A stretch of 61,422 nucleotides of DNA, from NCBI GenBank assembly GCA_016929245.1, contig JAFGJE010000042.1, positions 1-61,422 of the forward strand, read 5' to 3'. Below the pieces are notes generated by a model. It was not told the origin of the DNA. It saw only the letters and a program-made list of their open reading frames with translations, and made no database searches. This document shows positions 9,261 to 19,869 of this stretch, piece after piece. The translations under genes were made by a program, and so were the position numbers. This DNA is from Phycisphaerae bacterium. Its GTDB lineage: Bacteria > Planctomycetota > Phycisphaerae > SM23-33. Within the stretch, counting starts at the first letter, position 1, and every line of letters starts with the position of its first letter.

Positions 9261-9729
9261 TCCCAGTTCCCCGTTTTTCGGCGCACTTCTCGCACAGGCC
9301 GAAGATCACGATCCGGTGCGTTCGCTGGTGGAAGTTGTGCTTGCGGCAGGCGTGGTCGAGTTGTTCGGCGATGTCGGCGTCGGAAAATTCGATGAACCTT
9401 CCGCACCGGTCGCAGACCATGTGTTCGTGATGCTCCCTTCCGACGGTGACTTCGTAGTGCACGTGCACGTCACCGTCGCGGATTTCCCGCAGCAGCCCCG
9501 CTTCCACGAGCAGCCCCAGCGTCCGGTAGACCGTCCCCCGGCTGACGGGACGATCGGCCTGGGCGAGAGCGGCGGCCAGTTCTTCGGCGCGGAAATGATC
9601 CCTGCATTGCAAGGCGCGTTGGAGGATGATGCGTCGCGGCTGGGTGATCCGCTCCCCGCGCCGGCGGAGAAATTGCTGGAATTCCACCCAGGCGTCATGG
9701 TCGTCCGTCGCGTCAGGCAGAGGGTTCAT
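9235..9729 (-). CDS. Fur family transcriptional regulator
   Basis: RITQPR, HF.AEEL, VSRGTVYRTL, HHEHMVCDRCG and GLCEKC. Confidence 0.93.
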   Translation of the reverse strand: MNPLPDATDDHDAWVEFQQFLRRRGERITQPRRIILQRALQCRDHFRAEELAAALAQADRPVSRGTVYRTLGLLVEAGLLREIRDGDVHVHYEVTVGREHHEHMVCDRCGRFIEFSDADIAEQLDHACRKHNFHQRTHRIVIFGLCEKCAEKRGTGNPSPTGGG

Positions 9730-9949
9730 GGTTTTCGTCTCCGAAAAAGGAAAAAAACCATTGAATCGCCCCCGCCGAAATTTGTATAAGATGGGCGCAT
9801 CGTGACTTTTTCCACGACAGTAGCATAACCAAGCCGCCCGGCGGCTACAATGGATTAGGCTCTGGAAAAACACAGTTGTTGGGAATATCAGATATTCCGT
9901 CAATATAACCAGGCCGTTTCAACGGCCGCAGCATAAAGGATAGAAGACT

Positions 9950-10123
9950 ATGGCGTATGTGATTACCGATGCCTGCACCATGTGCGGTTCGTGCAAGGAT
10001 GTCTGCCCCGTCGAGGCGATCAAGGAAGGCGACCCGCAATACACGATCGATGCCGACGAATGCATCGACTGCGGCGCCTGCGTGGGCGAGTGCCCCGTGG
10101 AAGCCATCAAGGAAGGCGACTGA
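9950..10123 (+). CDS. 2[4Fe-4S] clostridial-type ferredoxin (57 aa; absent from the ORF track)
   Basis: Manual translation MAYVITDACTMCGSCKDVCPVEAIKEGDPQYTIDADECIDCGACVGECPVEAIKEGD contains two CxxCxxCxxxCP motifs. Confidence 0.95.
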   Translation: MAYVITDACTMCGSCKDVCPVEAIKEGDPQYTIDADECIDCGACVGECPVEAIKEGD

Positions 10124-10240
10124 TCGCTCCCGGGTTCCCCGCCGGGGAACGTATCAATACGATTGTCGCGCAACAACCGTTTCGGCGACGTAGTTTCGCA
10201 CGAAACCGATGCAAGCGAAGACAACTCGTATGCAGATGAT

Positions 10241-10282
10241 AAAAACTCCGCTTCGCGTTTTGTGACGTGAAGCGGAGTTTTT
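10241..10282. terminator. Bidirectional intrinsic terminator
   Basis: AAAAACTCCGCTTC...GAAGCGGAGTTTTT. Confidence 0.8.
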
Positions 10283-10811
10283 GTATGCTTCCCGCCGCTG
10301 GAATAGTCTGAAACTGTTCAAAAACGCCTCAAAACAATTCCCCGCGTGAATTGACTCGGCTAATCCAAACTCATGGACATTTCGTCAGAAAATCCGCACT
10401 ACCATATGTACATTGGGAATTTTGTAATTGACTTAAATAAAAGCGGTTATCGTTTTTCCTCGCGGAGGAGTTTTCTTTGGCAGGCATGGTTTTTCATAGA
10501 AAAAACCCGAAATGGAGGAGGAAAAATGCAATTAATCGCTGGACATCGCGTTAAGATGTATTATAATATTACAATAAGGAACCCGCAGGCAAAATATAGG
10601 TTATCGTGGAGATTATAGATTATCGGATCGGATTATAGAGACAATCCCATCCCCCAAACTGACGCCACGAAACGTGGATGCGGGTGGTATATATAGCCGG
10701 GGATGGGACGGTCAAAGGTTTGCTTCCGGGCTTTGGGTTGAGAACGCATCGCTTTCCAACGATAATGGAACGCACCGTCCCCGCCATACATTGTAACATC
10801 AGGAGAAGATC

Positions 10812-11579
10812 ATGATTCTCCAAAATCGAAGCAACCATAAACGACAAAACACAGCCTTTACGCTGATCGAGCTGTTAGTCGTCATCGCCATCATATCACT
10901 GTTGGTAGCCATTCTCCTGCCGAGTCTTCAAAAGGCCAAGGATCTGGCGAAGTCGTCGGTTTGCACGACACAGTTACACGCTCAGCACCTTGCCTTTATG
11001 TTTTATGGCGATGATAACGCGGAGAAAATTTTTGACGGATACAGGCAAAATGAAAGTCCTTACAATTATGACGGCGACTGGCCAAGGTATTTGGCTAAAT
11101 ATTTTGATTTGCCGCCGAGAGACTATAACGCGCCTGATGCGCCTTCCTGGGGTTCGACGTGGACAAGAACATCAACGTACAGCGCCTTTACCTGTCCAGG
11201 GGTGGATAATCCGGCGAAATCAACCAGTTATTCCATCAATTACAATCTTCTTGGCAACTACAGCGGCGTCGACTATGACACCTGGCGCAGGCTGTATTGG
11301 CATATGCTGAATGATGAAGGCGCCCACAGCAGTCAAACCCTGCGAATGGGAGATACGGGCGACTTTGTCTATATCGACGTGGGCCTTTGCCGATACTACA
11401 ATTCTTCCGATCAGGAACATGCGTACAAAATGATGAGCAGGCGCCATATGGACGGCGGAAATTATCTTTTCTGTGACGGCCACATCGAGTTGGTGTCCGG
11501 AGAATGGGGGAATTGGATATGGACATGGACGAATTCAAACAACAGCCTCTCCCTCGATTCCACGAAGTGGAATAACTGA
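10812..11579 (+). CDS. Prepilin-type N-terminal cleavage/methylation protein with H-X9-DG motif (DUF1559-like)
   Basis: AFTLIELLVVIAIISLLVAILLPSL N-terminus and RRHMDGGNYLFCDGH C-terminus; AGGAG RBS. Confidence 0.9.
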   Translation: MILQNRSNHKRQNTAFTLIELLVVIAIISLLVAILLPSLQKAKDLAKSSVCTTQLHAQHLAFMFYGDDNAEKIFDGYRQNESPYNYDGDWPRYLAKYFDLPPRDYNAPDAPSWGSTWTRTSTYSAFTCPGVDNPAKSTSYSINYNLLGNYSGVDYDTWRRLYWHMLNDEGAHSSQTLRMGDTGDFVYIDVGLCRYYNSSDQEHAYKMMSRRHMDGGNYLFCDGHIELVSGEWGNWIWTWTNSNNSLSLDSTKWNN

Positions 11580-11858
11580 TCCAACCGCATGACATTCATT
11601 TTATCATGACGGATAAGACATTCAATTGGATAACTTTATTATTCCTGCGCGGTATCGAGTGTATTTGATTTACATTTTTTAATTCAATGAAATATTTTCA
11701 TATTATATGCGTATTACATAATATGAATTATAATCTATACCCGGAAAGATAATGTAATTGAAATGAATGCATAATACGACGAATTATAAATTTCCATAAC
11801 TATTATCATATTATGCGATTGTTTGGATGATTCATAAATATTCACCTGATGAAATATA

Positions 11859-14800
11859 ATGATATTGGAGTCGGATATGAGTAAATACATATATATCATT
11901 CCCGCGTTTTTCCCTTTTCTGTTTTGCTTTGCCTCGCGGGCAACCGAGCAGGTTCCGGCGGATGTTCTGGGATTGAGTGTATCGCTTCGAGCGAAAGAAT
12001 CCCCGGAACATAAACCGCGCGTGTTGCCGAAGGGACAGGCCGTCGCGTTTTCGTTGAAGGATACCCCGGCGGGAGCGTATCGGCTGGCTGTCGAGGTTCT
12101 CTCGGCGGATGAGACCGGCGAAGACGGGAAACATATTCTCGGCGGGTTCAATTATCTGCTTCCCAGGCCGTCGTATACGATGTCGCTCAACGGTAAGGAC
12201 ATCCCGATGAATCTGAGCTGCCGTTCACCGATACGACTCGAAGACGACCCGCGCACGAAAAAGCCCGTGTACGTCGGATGGATGATTTCCAGGGGTTTTT
12301 TAGACCTTAAGCCCGGCAGCCGTCTTACGATTCAATGCAAAAAACACGGTGGATTCGTCCGGCGCATCACGCTGCTGGATGACACGATGTGGGAGGCGGA
12401 GAAGATTCGCTCCTCGGACCTCCCGCCGGCGCGCAGTGACATGGGTTGGGGGCCGACGTTGTTCACCCGCCCGCCTTATACCCGCTGGTACGAAATTAAA
12501 CGCCTCGACGACACGATCAAAGCGATGGAGTATTTCTCCGACGGTTTCGCCAAACCCTACCTGAAGGAGAATCCCTACGCGTCGCTCATCGAGGAAGGAA
12601 AAACGTTCCGCGGGAAAGTCCAGACCTACCGCGACGCCTCCGCCAATAAAGCCTTCGCCATCGACGAGGGCGCGAACCTGGCGAAGCAATGGCAGGATTA
12701 TTATGCGAATGTCAATAAGACGCTTCATAAGACAATCCCGCCGGTTCTTGAGAGTCTTCGTACAAAGTTAGATTTCGAAAAGAGCGGCATCAAATTAAAC
12801 GAATCCTGCTGGCCGGGCCGCGAGGCGATGTACAGCCGCGACGTGGCACGGGAATATATCAACGGCGCGGAGAAGGAACTCCAGCAACTCAACGATCCGA
12901 ACGACCACCGCAAACGGCACATCCTCAACCTGATCACCTTCACGGACAACGCGGCCGAGTTCGCCGAAAATGCTCTTGGAGAAGCATCCAAACCGCAAAC
13001 GACCGTCGAGTTCCCGGATTATTTCGTGGCGGCCCAGAAGGATGATCCCACCCCCATCCTGCCGGCGACGAAGGCGCCGCGCGGTGAAATCTGCCTCAAC
13101 GGCGTGTGGGATTTCGCGATCAACAAAGGTCCGGACAACCCTCCCAAGCCCAACGAATGGCCTCGCGAACAACAGGTTCCGCACGGCGAGTGGGGATTCT
13201 CCATCAACAAAGCCGGCATCCCCGTCGAGAAATGGCTGAAGCAATCCCGCGCCTACTGGGAATGGTATGAAACCAACGTGTGGTATCACACGGAGTTCGA
13301 CGTCCCGTCCGACTGGACGGAACGACGAATGGTCATCGCCTTCGAGGAGGTCGTCTCCTATATTGAAATCTTCGTCAACGGCAGGTACGCCGGCCTGCAT
13401 CGCACGGGATTGATTCCCTTCGAGATCGACGTGACGAAACACCTCGTTCCCGGCGCGAGGAACAACATCCTCGTCTATGTCGTCAACGACACCAAGACAG
13501 CCCGTCCCGGTTCGCACTATCGATACCAGACGCGTCCCAATCTCCATCCCACGCGAACGGAGGAGGGATACTTCGGCGGCATCAACGGCGACGTGTACCT
13601 TCGCGCCACCCCCAAAACGCGCATCGCCGAGACGTACGTGCGCACCTGGGCGGACAAGCGCATTCGCGTCGAAACGACGGTCAGAAACGACACGGACAAA
13701 CCGGTGGACTCATCGGTGACGAACGTCATTCGCCAAGCCGGCAAGGATCTCTTTTCCCTGCCGCCGCAAAAGATTCACCTCCAGCCGGGCGAGGAAAAAA
13801 CCGTCGTCACGGAGGCGACCTGGCCCGAGGCGAAACTCTGGGGCGTCGGCGGTCAATTTGGGAGCCCGGAGAATCTCTATTATCTTGTTTCCCGGATCGG
13901 GGAGATTGACACATCTTACACGGAATTCGGATTCCGTGAATTAACCATTCAAGAACCGAACTTTTATCTCAATGGAATACGGTTTCCGCTCCAGGGGGAC
14001 AATTTCACGGCTGTCAAACGATATCCCGAACGCCGATGCCATTGGTACATCTATCAGTTATTCCGATTGAATCGCGAAGCGAACATCAATTTCACCCGCG
14101 CCCATCAAAGCTGCGTGTTTCCGGATCACGCGGAAATCGCCAATCGAATCGGCATTCTGTTGGAACCGGAAGGCCCATGGTGGACGCTGAATCCACCCAG
14201 CGACATCATCGATCAGCGTAACACGGCCGAAAGACCCCATGGACAATGGTCGCCATATGAAAACCGCTCCTATGACGATCCCGTCTGGCGGAAGAATTGT
14301 CGCGCGTATTATCGGGAGATCGTCAAACGATATCGGAACAATCCGAGCGTCGCCATTTTCTCCACGGAAAACGAGTGTCTGGCCGGCGAAAACGCGGACA
14401 CGATTTACCAATTCAATCAATGGATCAAGCAAGTCGCTCCGCACCTGATCGTCGATTGTCATTCCAATTGCTCCGTCTGGGACGACCGGTTCGAGATCGC
14501 CAATTTCCACGACTATGACGTGTACGTCGCGCGAATGCTGGAATGGGCGGAGGCGTCCGGGCCGAACCACAAACCCGTCATCATCGGCGAATTCTATAAT
14601 TACTCTCTGCCCAAAGTCGTCTTTCACAGTCCCCCCGGCCAGGCGAAGGCGGCCGAATGGGCAATGGCCAAGTGGGTTGAACGACGGTTCGCCGAATACA
14701 TCGAGAAACTCAACGCCGGTCCGATGTATTTCACCTTCGAGGACAATTCCGGCGCGCTGTGGTGCAACGCCTCCCCCGAAACGGACGGTCCCTGGGCGGA

Positions 14801-16691
14801 TCGGGACGGCACGAAAGACTACAACGGCGTGATCTACCCCGATTGGCCCAGCACGTCAGGCCGGGGAGGTTTCAAAGTCGAGCGATTTCTCACGTCGCCG
14901 AACGTCACGGCGATCAATTTCTGCGATCCCGCGCGGATCGCGGCGACGACCACGAAAGTCTTCGACGCCTTCCAAAAGGCGTACAAGGAAATCCCCGGCT
15001 GGTCGAACCGACGCCAGCCGGAACTGATCGTGACGGTTCTTCAAAGCGGTAAACCCGTCCCCGGCGTGAACGTGTTCCTCGTTCCAAAAGACAACCAGGC
15101 GACGGAGCCTGTCGGCGTGGAAGCCGACGCCGAGGGAAAGGCGTGGTTCATCGCGCGCGAGTCGGGCAAATACGCCGTGCAGGTCGGCTACAACGGTAAA
15201 GTGGCCGACAATGAAGTGACGCTCGATACGACGGAGATCGAGAATCGCGGCGGATTCGACTACATCCCCCGCGCGACGATCGACCTGGATCATCCCGATA
15301 AAATGACGGTCGCCTTGCCGGAGAATACTCCGCTGATTCGCCCGAAAGCGTCCCAGGCGGCGAAGAGTCTCCCGCCGGTTCCGAATCTGCAACAGGGAAC
15401 CGAATCCGTCAGCGCCGAAGGATTCATCCGCGACTGGCTGGTGTGCGGGCCCTTTCCCGGCGGCGGCAGGGACGTGGAAGATCAAACCCTCGGATGGAAC
15501 GTGGATTCTCTCGCCCCCACCGGCGGTGAACTCCAAACGACTCCGAAACCCGGAACGACATATCCCGCGGAGTTCCAGGAAACCCAATACGCCTACTGGG
15601 AGCCGGCCAAAATCGACGTCGCCTGGCGGCGGTACGTCTCGCCCGAAGATTTCGTCGATCTGGGAAAGGTGTTTCAGCGGAACGACGTGAAGGGGCTGGA
15701 TTTCGCGCCCGTGCAGTTCGTCGTCGGATACGCCGCCTGCACGATCGACAGCCCGACGGAACGAGACGCGATCATTTCCCTCGGAAGCGACGACGGATAC
15801 AAGCTGTACCTGAATCACGAGCGGATCAAGGCCGATCGCGTCTACCGCGGCGCGAAAAAGGACGAGGATAAAATTCCCGTCCACCTGAAAAAGGGAAAAA
15901 ACCTCCTGATGCTCAAGGTGGAACAGGACGTCGGCGGATACGGTTTTTTTCTGCGCCTGCTGGAGGATCAACCGCTTCGTCTTCCGATCGTCCATGAAAC
16001 GTCGCGTACGAAACTACAAAAGGACGGCTGGATTCGTGACTGGCTGCTCTGCGGACCTTTCGCCAATCCGGGACGGGGGTTGAACGAGAAAACCTGGGCG
16101 TTCGATTACCTCGCCTCCGACGGCGGGGAAGCGAAAATCCAACCCGCGGCGGGGATGAAGTACGTCGCGGAATTCGCCGAGGATTCGACCGTCAGTTGGA
16201 CGCCGGGCAAGGCCGACATCTCCTGGCGCGAGGCGGAAGCGCGGAAGGATGGATTCGTCAATCTCTCCGAAGAATTCGTGACGAAGCAAATCCAGGGACT
16301 CGACTTCCCGCCCGTGGAAAACGTCCTGGGATACGCCGCCGTGTACGTGTATTGCGATCAACCGACGCGGGGACGCCTCGAAATCGACACGGACAACGGT
16401 GTGAAGGTCCGGCTGAATCAAAAACAAATCTTCGACAAGCACGTGCATCGATACAACACCGACCCGGCTTCCCCGAACAAAATGATTTTCGAGGAAGGAA
16501 ATTATTATCAGAACGTCGAGTTGAAACAGGGCGTGAACGTTCTGCTGCTGAAGCTCGACGTCGCCGGCGGGCCGTTCCGGTTCCGCTGCCGATTCATCGA
16601 CGAAAAAGGCGAGTCGATCCCGAATCTGCATGTCGGTACGGAGGCGCCTGAAAACCGAACTCCTGAGGGAATAAAAAACGAAAAATCATAA
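11859..16691 (+). CDS. Secreted multidomain GH2-like glycoside hydrolase with two tandem C-terminal beta-sandwich repeats
   Basis: Signal peptide (start may be ATG 11877); ICLNGVWDF; RNNPSV..FSTENE (acid/base); PVIIGEF (nucleophile); duplicated G[FW]IRDWL.CGPF modules. Confidence 0.8.
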   Translation: MILESDMSKYIYIIPAFFPFLFCFASRATEQVPADVLGLSVSLRAKESPEHKPRVLPKGQAVAFSLKDTPAGAYRLAVEVLSADETGEDGKHILGGFNYLLPRPSYTMSLNGKDIPMNLSCRSPIRLEDDPRTKKPVYVGWMISRGFLDLKPGSRLTIQCKKHGGFVRRITLLDDTMWEAEKIRSSDLPPARSDMGWGPTLFTRPPYTRWYEIKRLDDTIKAMEYFSDGFAKPYLKENPYASLIEEGKTFRGKVQTYRDASANKAFAIDEGANLAKQWQDYYANVNKTLHKTIPPVLESLRTKLDFEKSGIKLNESCWPGREAMYSRDVAREYINGAEKELQQLNDPNDHRKRHILNLITFTDNAAEFAENALGEASKPQTTVEFPDYFVAAQKDDPTPILPATKAPRGEICLNGVWDFAINKGPDNPPKPNEWPREQQVPHGEWGFSINKAGIPVEKWLKQSRAYWEWYETNVWYHTEFDVPSDWTERRMVIAFEEVVSYIEIFVNGRYAGLHRTGLIPFEIDVTKHLVPGARNNILVYVVNDTKTARPGSHYRYQTRPNLHPTRTEEGYFGGINGDVYLRATPKTRIAETYVRTWADKRIRVETTVRNDTDKPVDSSVTNVIRQAGKDLFSLPPQKIHLQPGEEKTVVTEATWPEAKLWGVGGQFGSPENLYYLVSRIGEIDTSYTEFGFRELTIQEPNFYLNGIRFPLQGDNFTAVKRYPERRCHWYIYQLFRLNREANINFTRAHQSCVFPDHAEIANRIGILLEPEGPWWTLNPPSDIIDQRNTAERPHGQWSPYENRSYDDPVWRKNCRAYYREIVKRYRNNPSVAIFSTENECLAGENADTIYQFNQWIKQVAPHLIVDCHSNCSVWDDRFEIANFHDYDVYVARMLEWAEASGPNHKPVIIGEFYNYSLPKVVFHSPPGQAKAAEWAMAKWVERRFAEYIEKLNAGPMYFTFEDNSGALWCNASPETDGPWADRDGTKDYNGVIYPDWPSTSGRGGFKVERFLTSPNVTAINFCDPARIAATTTKVFDAFQKAYKEIPGWSNRRQPELIVTVLQSGKPVPGVNVFLVPKDNQATEPVGVEADAEGKAWFIARESGKYAVQVGYNGKVADNEVTLDTTEIENRGGFDYIPRATIDLDHPDKMTVALPENTPLIRPKASQAAKSLPPVPNLQQGTESVSAEGFIRDWLVCGPFPGGGRDVEDQTLGWNVDSLAPTGGELQTTPKPGTTYPAEFQETQYAYWEPAKIDVAWRRYVSPEDFVDLGKVFQRNDVKGLDFAPVQFVVGYAACTIDSPTERDAIISLGSDDGYKLYLNHERIKADRVYRGAKKDEDKIPVHLKKGKNLLMLKVEQDVGGYGFFLRLLEDQPLRLPIVHETSRTKLQKDGWIRDWLLCGPFANPGRGLNEKTWAFDYLASDGGEAKIQPAAGMKYVAEFAEDSTVSWTPGKADISWREAEARKDGFVNLSEEFVTKQIQGLDFPPVENVLGYAAVYVYCDQPTRGRLEIDTDNGVKVRLNQKQIFDKHVHRYNTDPASPNKMIFEEGNYYQNVELKQGVNVLLLKLDVAGGPFRFRCRFIDEKGESIPNLHVGTEAPENRTPEGIKNEKS

Positions 16692-16777
16692 TCGCCTTTA
16701 TTACAATTGGTTGCGTCACGAAAACGCTTCCAAAAACTGATCTTTTCCGTTTTACTATGGTTTAGGTTTGCAATAGG

Positions 16778-19700
16778 ATGACTCCTCCGGCGTTTTCAAT
16801 ACAACTTCAGAAAGGAAAATGGGCAAGCTTGGTTTCTGCGCCCGTGAAGGCATGGATTGGTTTGGAAAGGAACGCGAGCGTGAAAACACGCGGACATGTG
16901 AAAACGGTTTGGTTCATTTCTTTCTGGGTTGTTTGTGGATGGTGCCTCTCGGCGTCGGCTGCCGACGCGGGTCGGGAATCGTCCACTTCTCCGGTGACGC
17001 TTCGGTTGTGGAACATCCCGTTGAAGGGTTCCACCAATCCGTTGCAACTGGCGACGCGGCGCGTGTTCGAGGCCTTCTGCCGCAAGAATCCCGACATTCA
17101 CGTCAAGGCGCTCATCCCGCTGAAGATTGAAGGCCAAGCCGACGAGGGTCGGGAATTTCTCGCCATCGCCGGCGGGGTCGCGCCGGACGTGTTTTACCTG
17201 TACGGCAGGAAGATCGGCGATTATTACGACCAGGGATTCCTCGAACCGCTGGATTCGTACCTGGAGGCGTACAAGAAGCATAACGGTCGGTCGTATCAGG
17301 GAATCAACGCGCCGTCGAAAGTCTGGGAGCTTTGCCAGATCGACGGGCGGATTTACTGCGTCCCGACGCTGTATTATTCCATGGCGTTGATGTGTCGGCG
17401 GGACTTGTTCGCCCGGGCCGGCCTGCCGATGCGCAGTCCGAAGGACTGGGACGAATTTTATCATTTCGCGCGTCGTCTGACGTGGAATCCTTCCAAGGAA
17501 CCCGACGCGAGACCCGGCGATCCGAACATTTACGGCCTGCAGATGACGACGGGCGTTTCGGCGGGGTGGCACTTTCTGCAATATACCTGGAGCGCCGGGG
17601 GGGAGATTGTGCGCTCCTTTTATCCCAAACCCGGGGACGAAAGCACCGAGCTGATCGAAGTGCCCCCGCCGCCGGTGGATTATCGCGAGCATCACGTGAA
17701 CATCAGCGACGCGGATCGATATTACCCCCGGCTGGAGGAAACTCGAAAATCGCTTCAGGAGAAAGGGATTCCCTCCCAGTATAGCATGACCGACCTGAAA
17801 TGGCGGCTGGTGGTCAACCAGGCCGGGGGAGTGGAGGCGTTGGAGTTTTATCGTCGCCTGATTCACCAAGCCTGGGTTCGCTGTCCGAAGAAGCACGAGA
17901 ACCGCGAATTCGACCTGACTCCGGAGGACCTGAAGCGCGGCTGGGTGAAATGTCCCGTCTGCGGGGAGAAAATCAACCTGTCGTCCCGCGAAGGAAAAAA
18001 GCGGATTTACCGCGGCGTCGTGCAGGCCGGGCAACCGACGGACCGGCAGACGCGGACGGTCTACGCGATGCAGATCGGCACGCTGCAGGAAATCCCGTCG
18101 AATTCGGACATGAAAGTCCTCGTGACCGTGCCGTTCCCCAGCATGCGGGAGGACATCCCCGCGGTGGCGTTCATCGCGGGACATTACCTGGCGATCAACG
18201 CCACCCAGAAGGACCCCCGCGTTCGCGAAGCCGCGTGGAAATACATTCAATTCGTCACCGGACCGGAGGCCCAGGCGATCCGCGTGCGAACGTACATCGA
18301 GAACGGCCTGGCGGAATATATCCGCCCCGCCACGCTCCAGGCGCTGGGATACGAACTGGAGCTGTCGCGCATTCCGCCCGAACGGCGGGAATTGTGGAAG
18401 CGTCTGCGGGAGAATCCGAAAGTCGAACCGTACTGCAAGGGTTTTCAGCACGTGATGACGCGGCAGTTGTCCATGCCCATCGAGGCGATCATCCTCGACC
18501 CGCCGGATGAAGACGGGCGATATCAGCGCGACCCGCGACAACTTCTCGACGCGATCGCGCACGACGCCAACACGCTGAAACTCGACAAACCTCCCGCGGA
18601 AGTGATGGCCAGGCGGGAACGCATCGGATGGATCATCGGCGTTCTCGTCGTGGGATTCCTGATCTTCGCGGTGTGGTTCACGATCCGCTTCGCGGTGCAG
18701 ATGGCCCGGAAGGCCGCCGACCTGGAAGGCTTCGGCGTGCAGGGAACCACGATGCGTCGGTTGTTTATCGTCGTGCTGTTTCTGCTGCCCGCGGTCGGGT
18801 CGGTGCTGCTGTGGGGATACTATCCCCTGGCGCGCGGGACGATCATGGCGTTCCAGGATTACAAGATCATGACCGGATCGAAATGGGTCGGGCTGGAGAA
18901 CTTCATCCTGACCGCCGGTTCGGTGGATTTCTGGCGCTACGTGCTCCAGACGTTCCAATACATGCTGATGAGCCTGGCGATGGGATTTTTCGCGCCGATC
19001 CTCCTGGCGATCCTCCTGACGGAAGTTCCCAAGGGCAAGGTGCTGTATCGCACGCTGTATTACCTGCCGGCCGTCACGACGGGCCTGGTCGTCATGTTCA
19101 TGTGGAAAAACCTCCTGTACGATTCGTCGGACACGGGGCTGATCAACCAGATGATCCTGACGTTCAACGATCGTCCGCCCGGTACGATGATCCTGCTGAA
19201 ACTGCTTCTGGTGGGTATTTTGTCCCTGACGATGTACCTTCTCGTCCGGGCGGTGTTCAGTCCCGGCACGACGAAGCTGGGCCGCCTGATCCCCATGATC
19301 CTCGCCGTGCCGCTGGCGGTCTATCTCGCGGCGCAATTGTGGACCATCGTCACCGGTCCGGGATTGTTCGCCTGGTTCCAGGAACCCTGGGAATTTCAGC
19401 CGCAGAAATTTTTGGGCGATCCGAACCTGGCGATGTTCTGGATCATTGTTCCGGGACTCTGGGCCGGGGTCGGTCCGGGCTGCCTGATTTACCTGGCCGC
19501 GTTGAAGGGCGTACCCCACGAGCAGTACGAAGCGGCGGACCTGGACGGCGCGGGAATCTGGTCGAAGGTCGTCAACGTCACCTTCCCCAATCTGTCGGCC
19601 TTGATGATTATCAACCTTGTCGGCGCGGTCGTCGGGGCGATGAAGGCTTCGCAGCAAATCTTCGTCATGACCGGCGGTGGACCCGAGGATGTCACCATGA

Positions 19701-19867
19701 CCGTGGGTTTGAATATCTGGTTTAACGCGTTCATGTTCCTGAATTTCGGCCTGGCGACGTCGCAGGCGTGGATCTTAGGAGCGATGCTGATCGGATTTAC
19801 CCTCTATCAGCTCCGACTGATGAACAAGATGCAGTTCTCCACCGCCTCGGCGAAAGGAGGGAAATAA
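16778..19867 (+). CDS. Fused extracellular solute-binding protein + carbohydrate ABC permease
   Basis: Signal peptide (GTG 16898 may be the true start); SBP motif GGVAPDVF; C-terminal transmembrane domain with EAA loop YEAADLDGAG. Confidence 0.88.
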   Translation: MTPPAFSIQLQKGKWASLVSAPVKAWIGLERNASVKTRGHVKTVWFISFWVVCGWCLSASAADAGRESSTSPVTLRLWNIPLKGSTNPLQLATRRVFEAFCRKNPDIHVKALIPLKIEGQADEGREFLAIAGGVAPDVFYLYGRKIGDYYDQGFLEPLDSYLEAYKKHNGRSYQGINAPSKVWELCQIDGRIYCVPTLYYSMALMCRRDLFARAGLPMRSPKDWDEFYHFARRLTWNPSKEPDARPGDPNIYGLQMTTGVSAGWHFLQYTWSAGGEIVRSFYPKPGDESTELIEVPPPPVDYREHHVNISDADRYYPRLEETRKSLQEKGIPSQYSMTDLKWRLVVNQAGGVEALEFYRRLIHQAWVRCPKKHENREFDLTPEDLKRGWVKCPVCGEKINLSSREGKKRIYRGVVQAGQPTDRQTRTVYAMQIGTLQEIPSNSDMKVLVTVPFPSMREDIPAVAFIAGHYLAINATQKDPRVREAAWKYIQFVTGPEAQAIRVRTYIENGLAEYIRPATLQALGYELELSRIPPERRELWKRLRENPKVEPYCKGFQHVMTRQLSMPIEAIILDPPDEDGRYQRDPRQLLDAIAHDANTLKLDKPPAEVMARRERIGWIIGVLVVGFLIFAVWFTIRFAVQMARKAADLEGFGVQGTTMRRLFIVVLFLLPAVGSVLLWGYYPLARGTIMAFQDYKIMTGSKWVGLENFILTAGSVDFWRYVLQTFQYMLMSLAMGFFAPILLAILLTEVPKGKVLYRTLYYLPAVTTGLVVMFMWKNLLYDSSDTGLINQMILTFNDRPPGTMILLKLLLVGILSLTMYLLVRAVFSPGTTKLGRLIPMILAVPLAVYLAAQLWTIVTGPGLFAWFQEPWEFQPQKFLGDPNLAMFWIIVPGLWAGVGPGCLIYLAALKGVPHEQYEAADLDGAGIWSKVVNVTFPNLSALMIINLVGAVVGAMKASQQIFVMTGGGPEDVTMTVGLNIWFNAFMFLNFGLATSQAWILGAMLIGFTLYQLRLMNKMQFSTASAKGGK

Positions 19868-19869
19868 TC

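Noticed and set aside
16796-19657. Long antisense ORFs (e.g. 953 aa here; also 35568-37877, 38342-40657, 344-1420)
   Set aside because: Shadow ORFs opposite well-supported genes, as expected in high-GC DNA.
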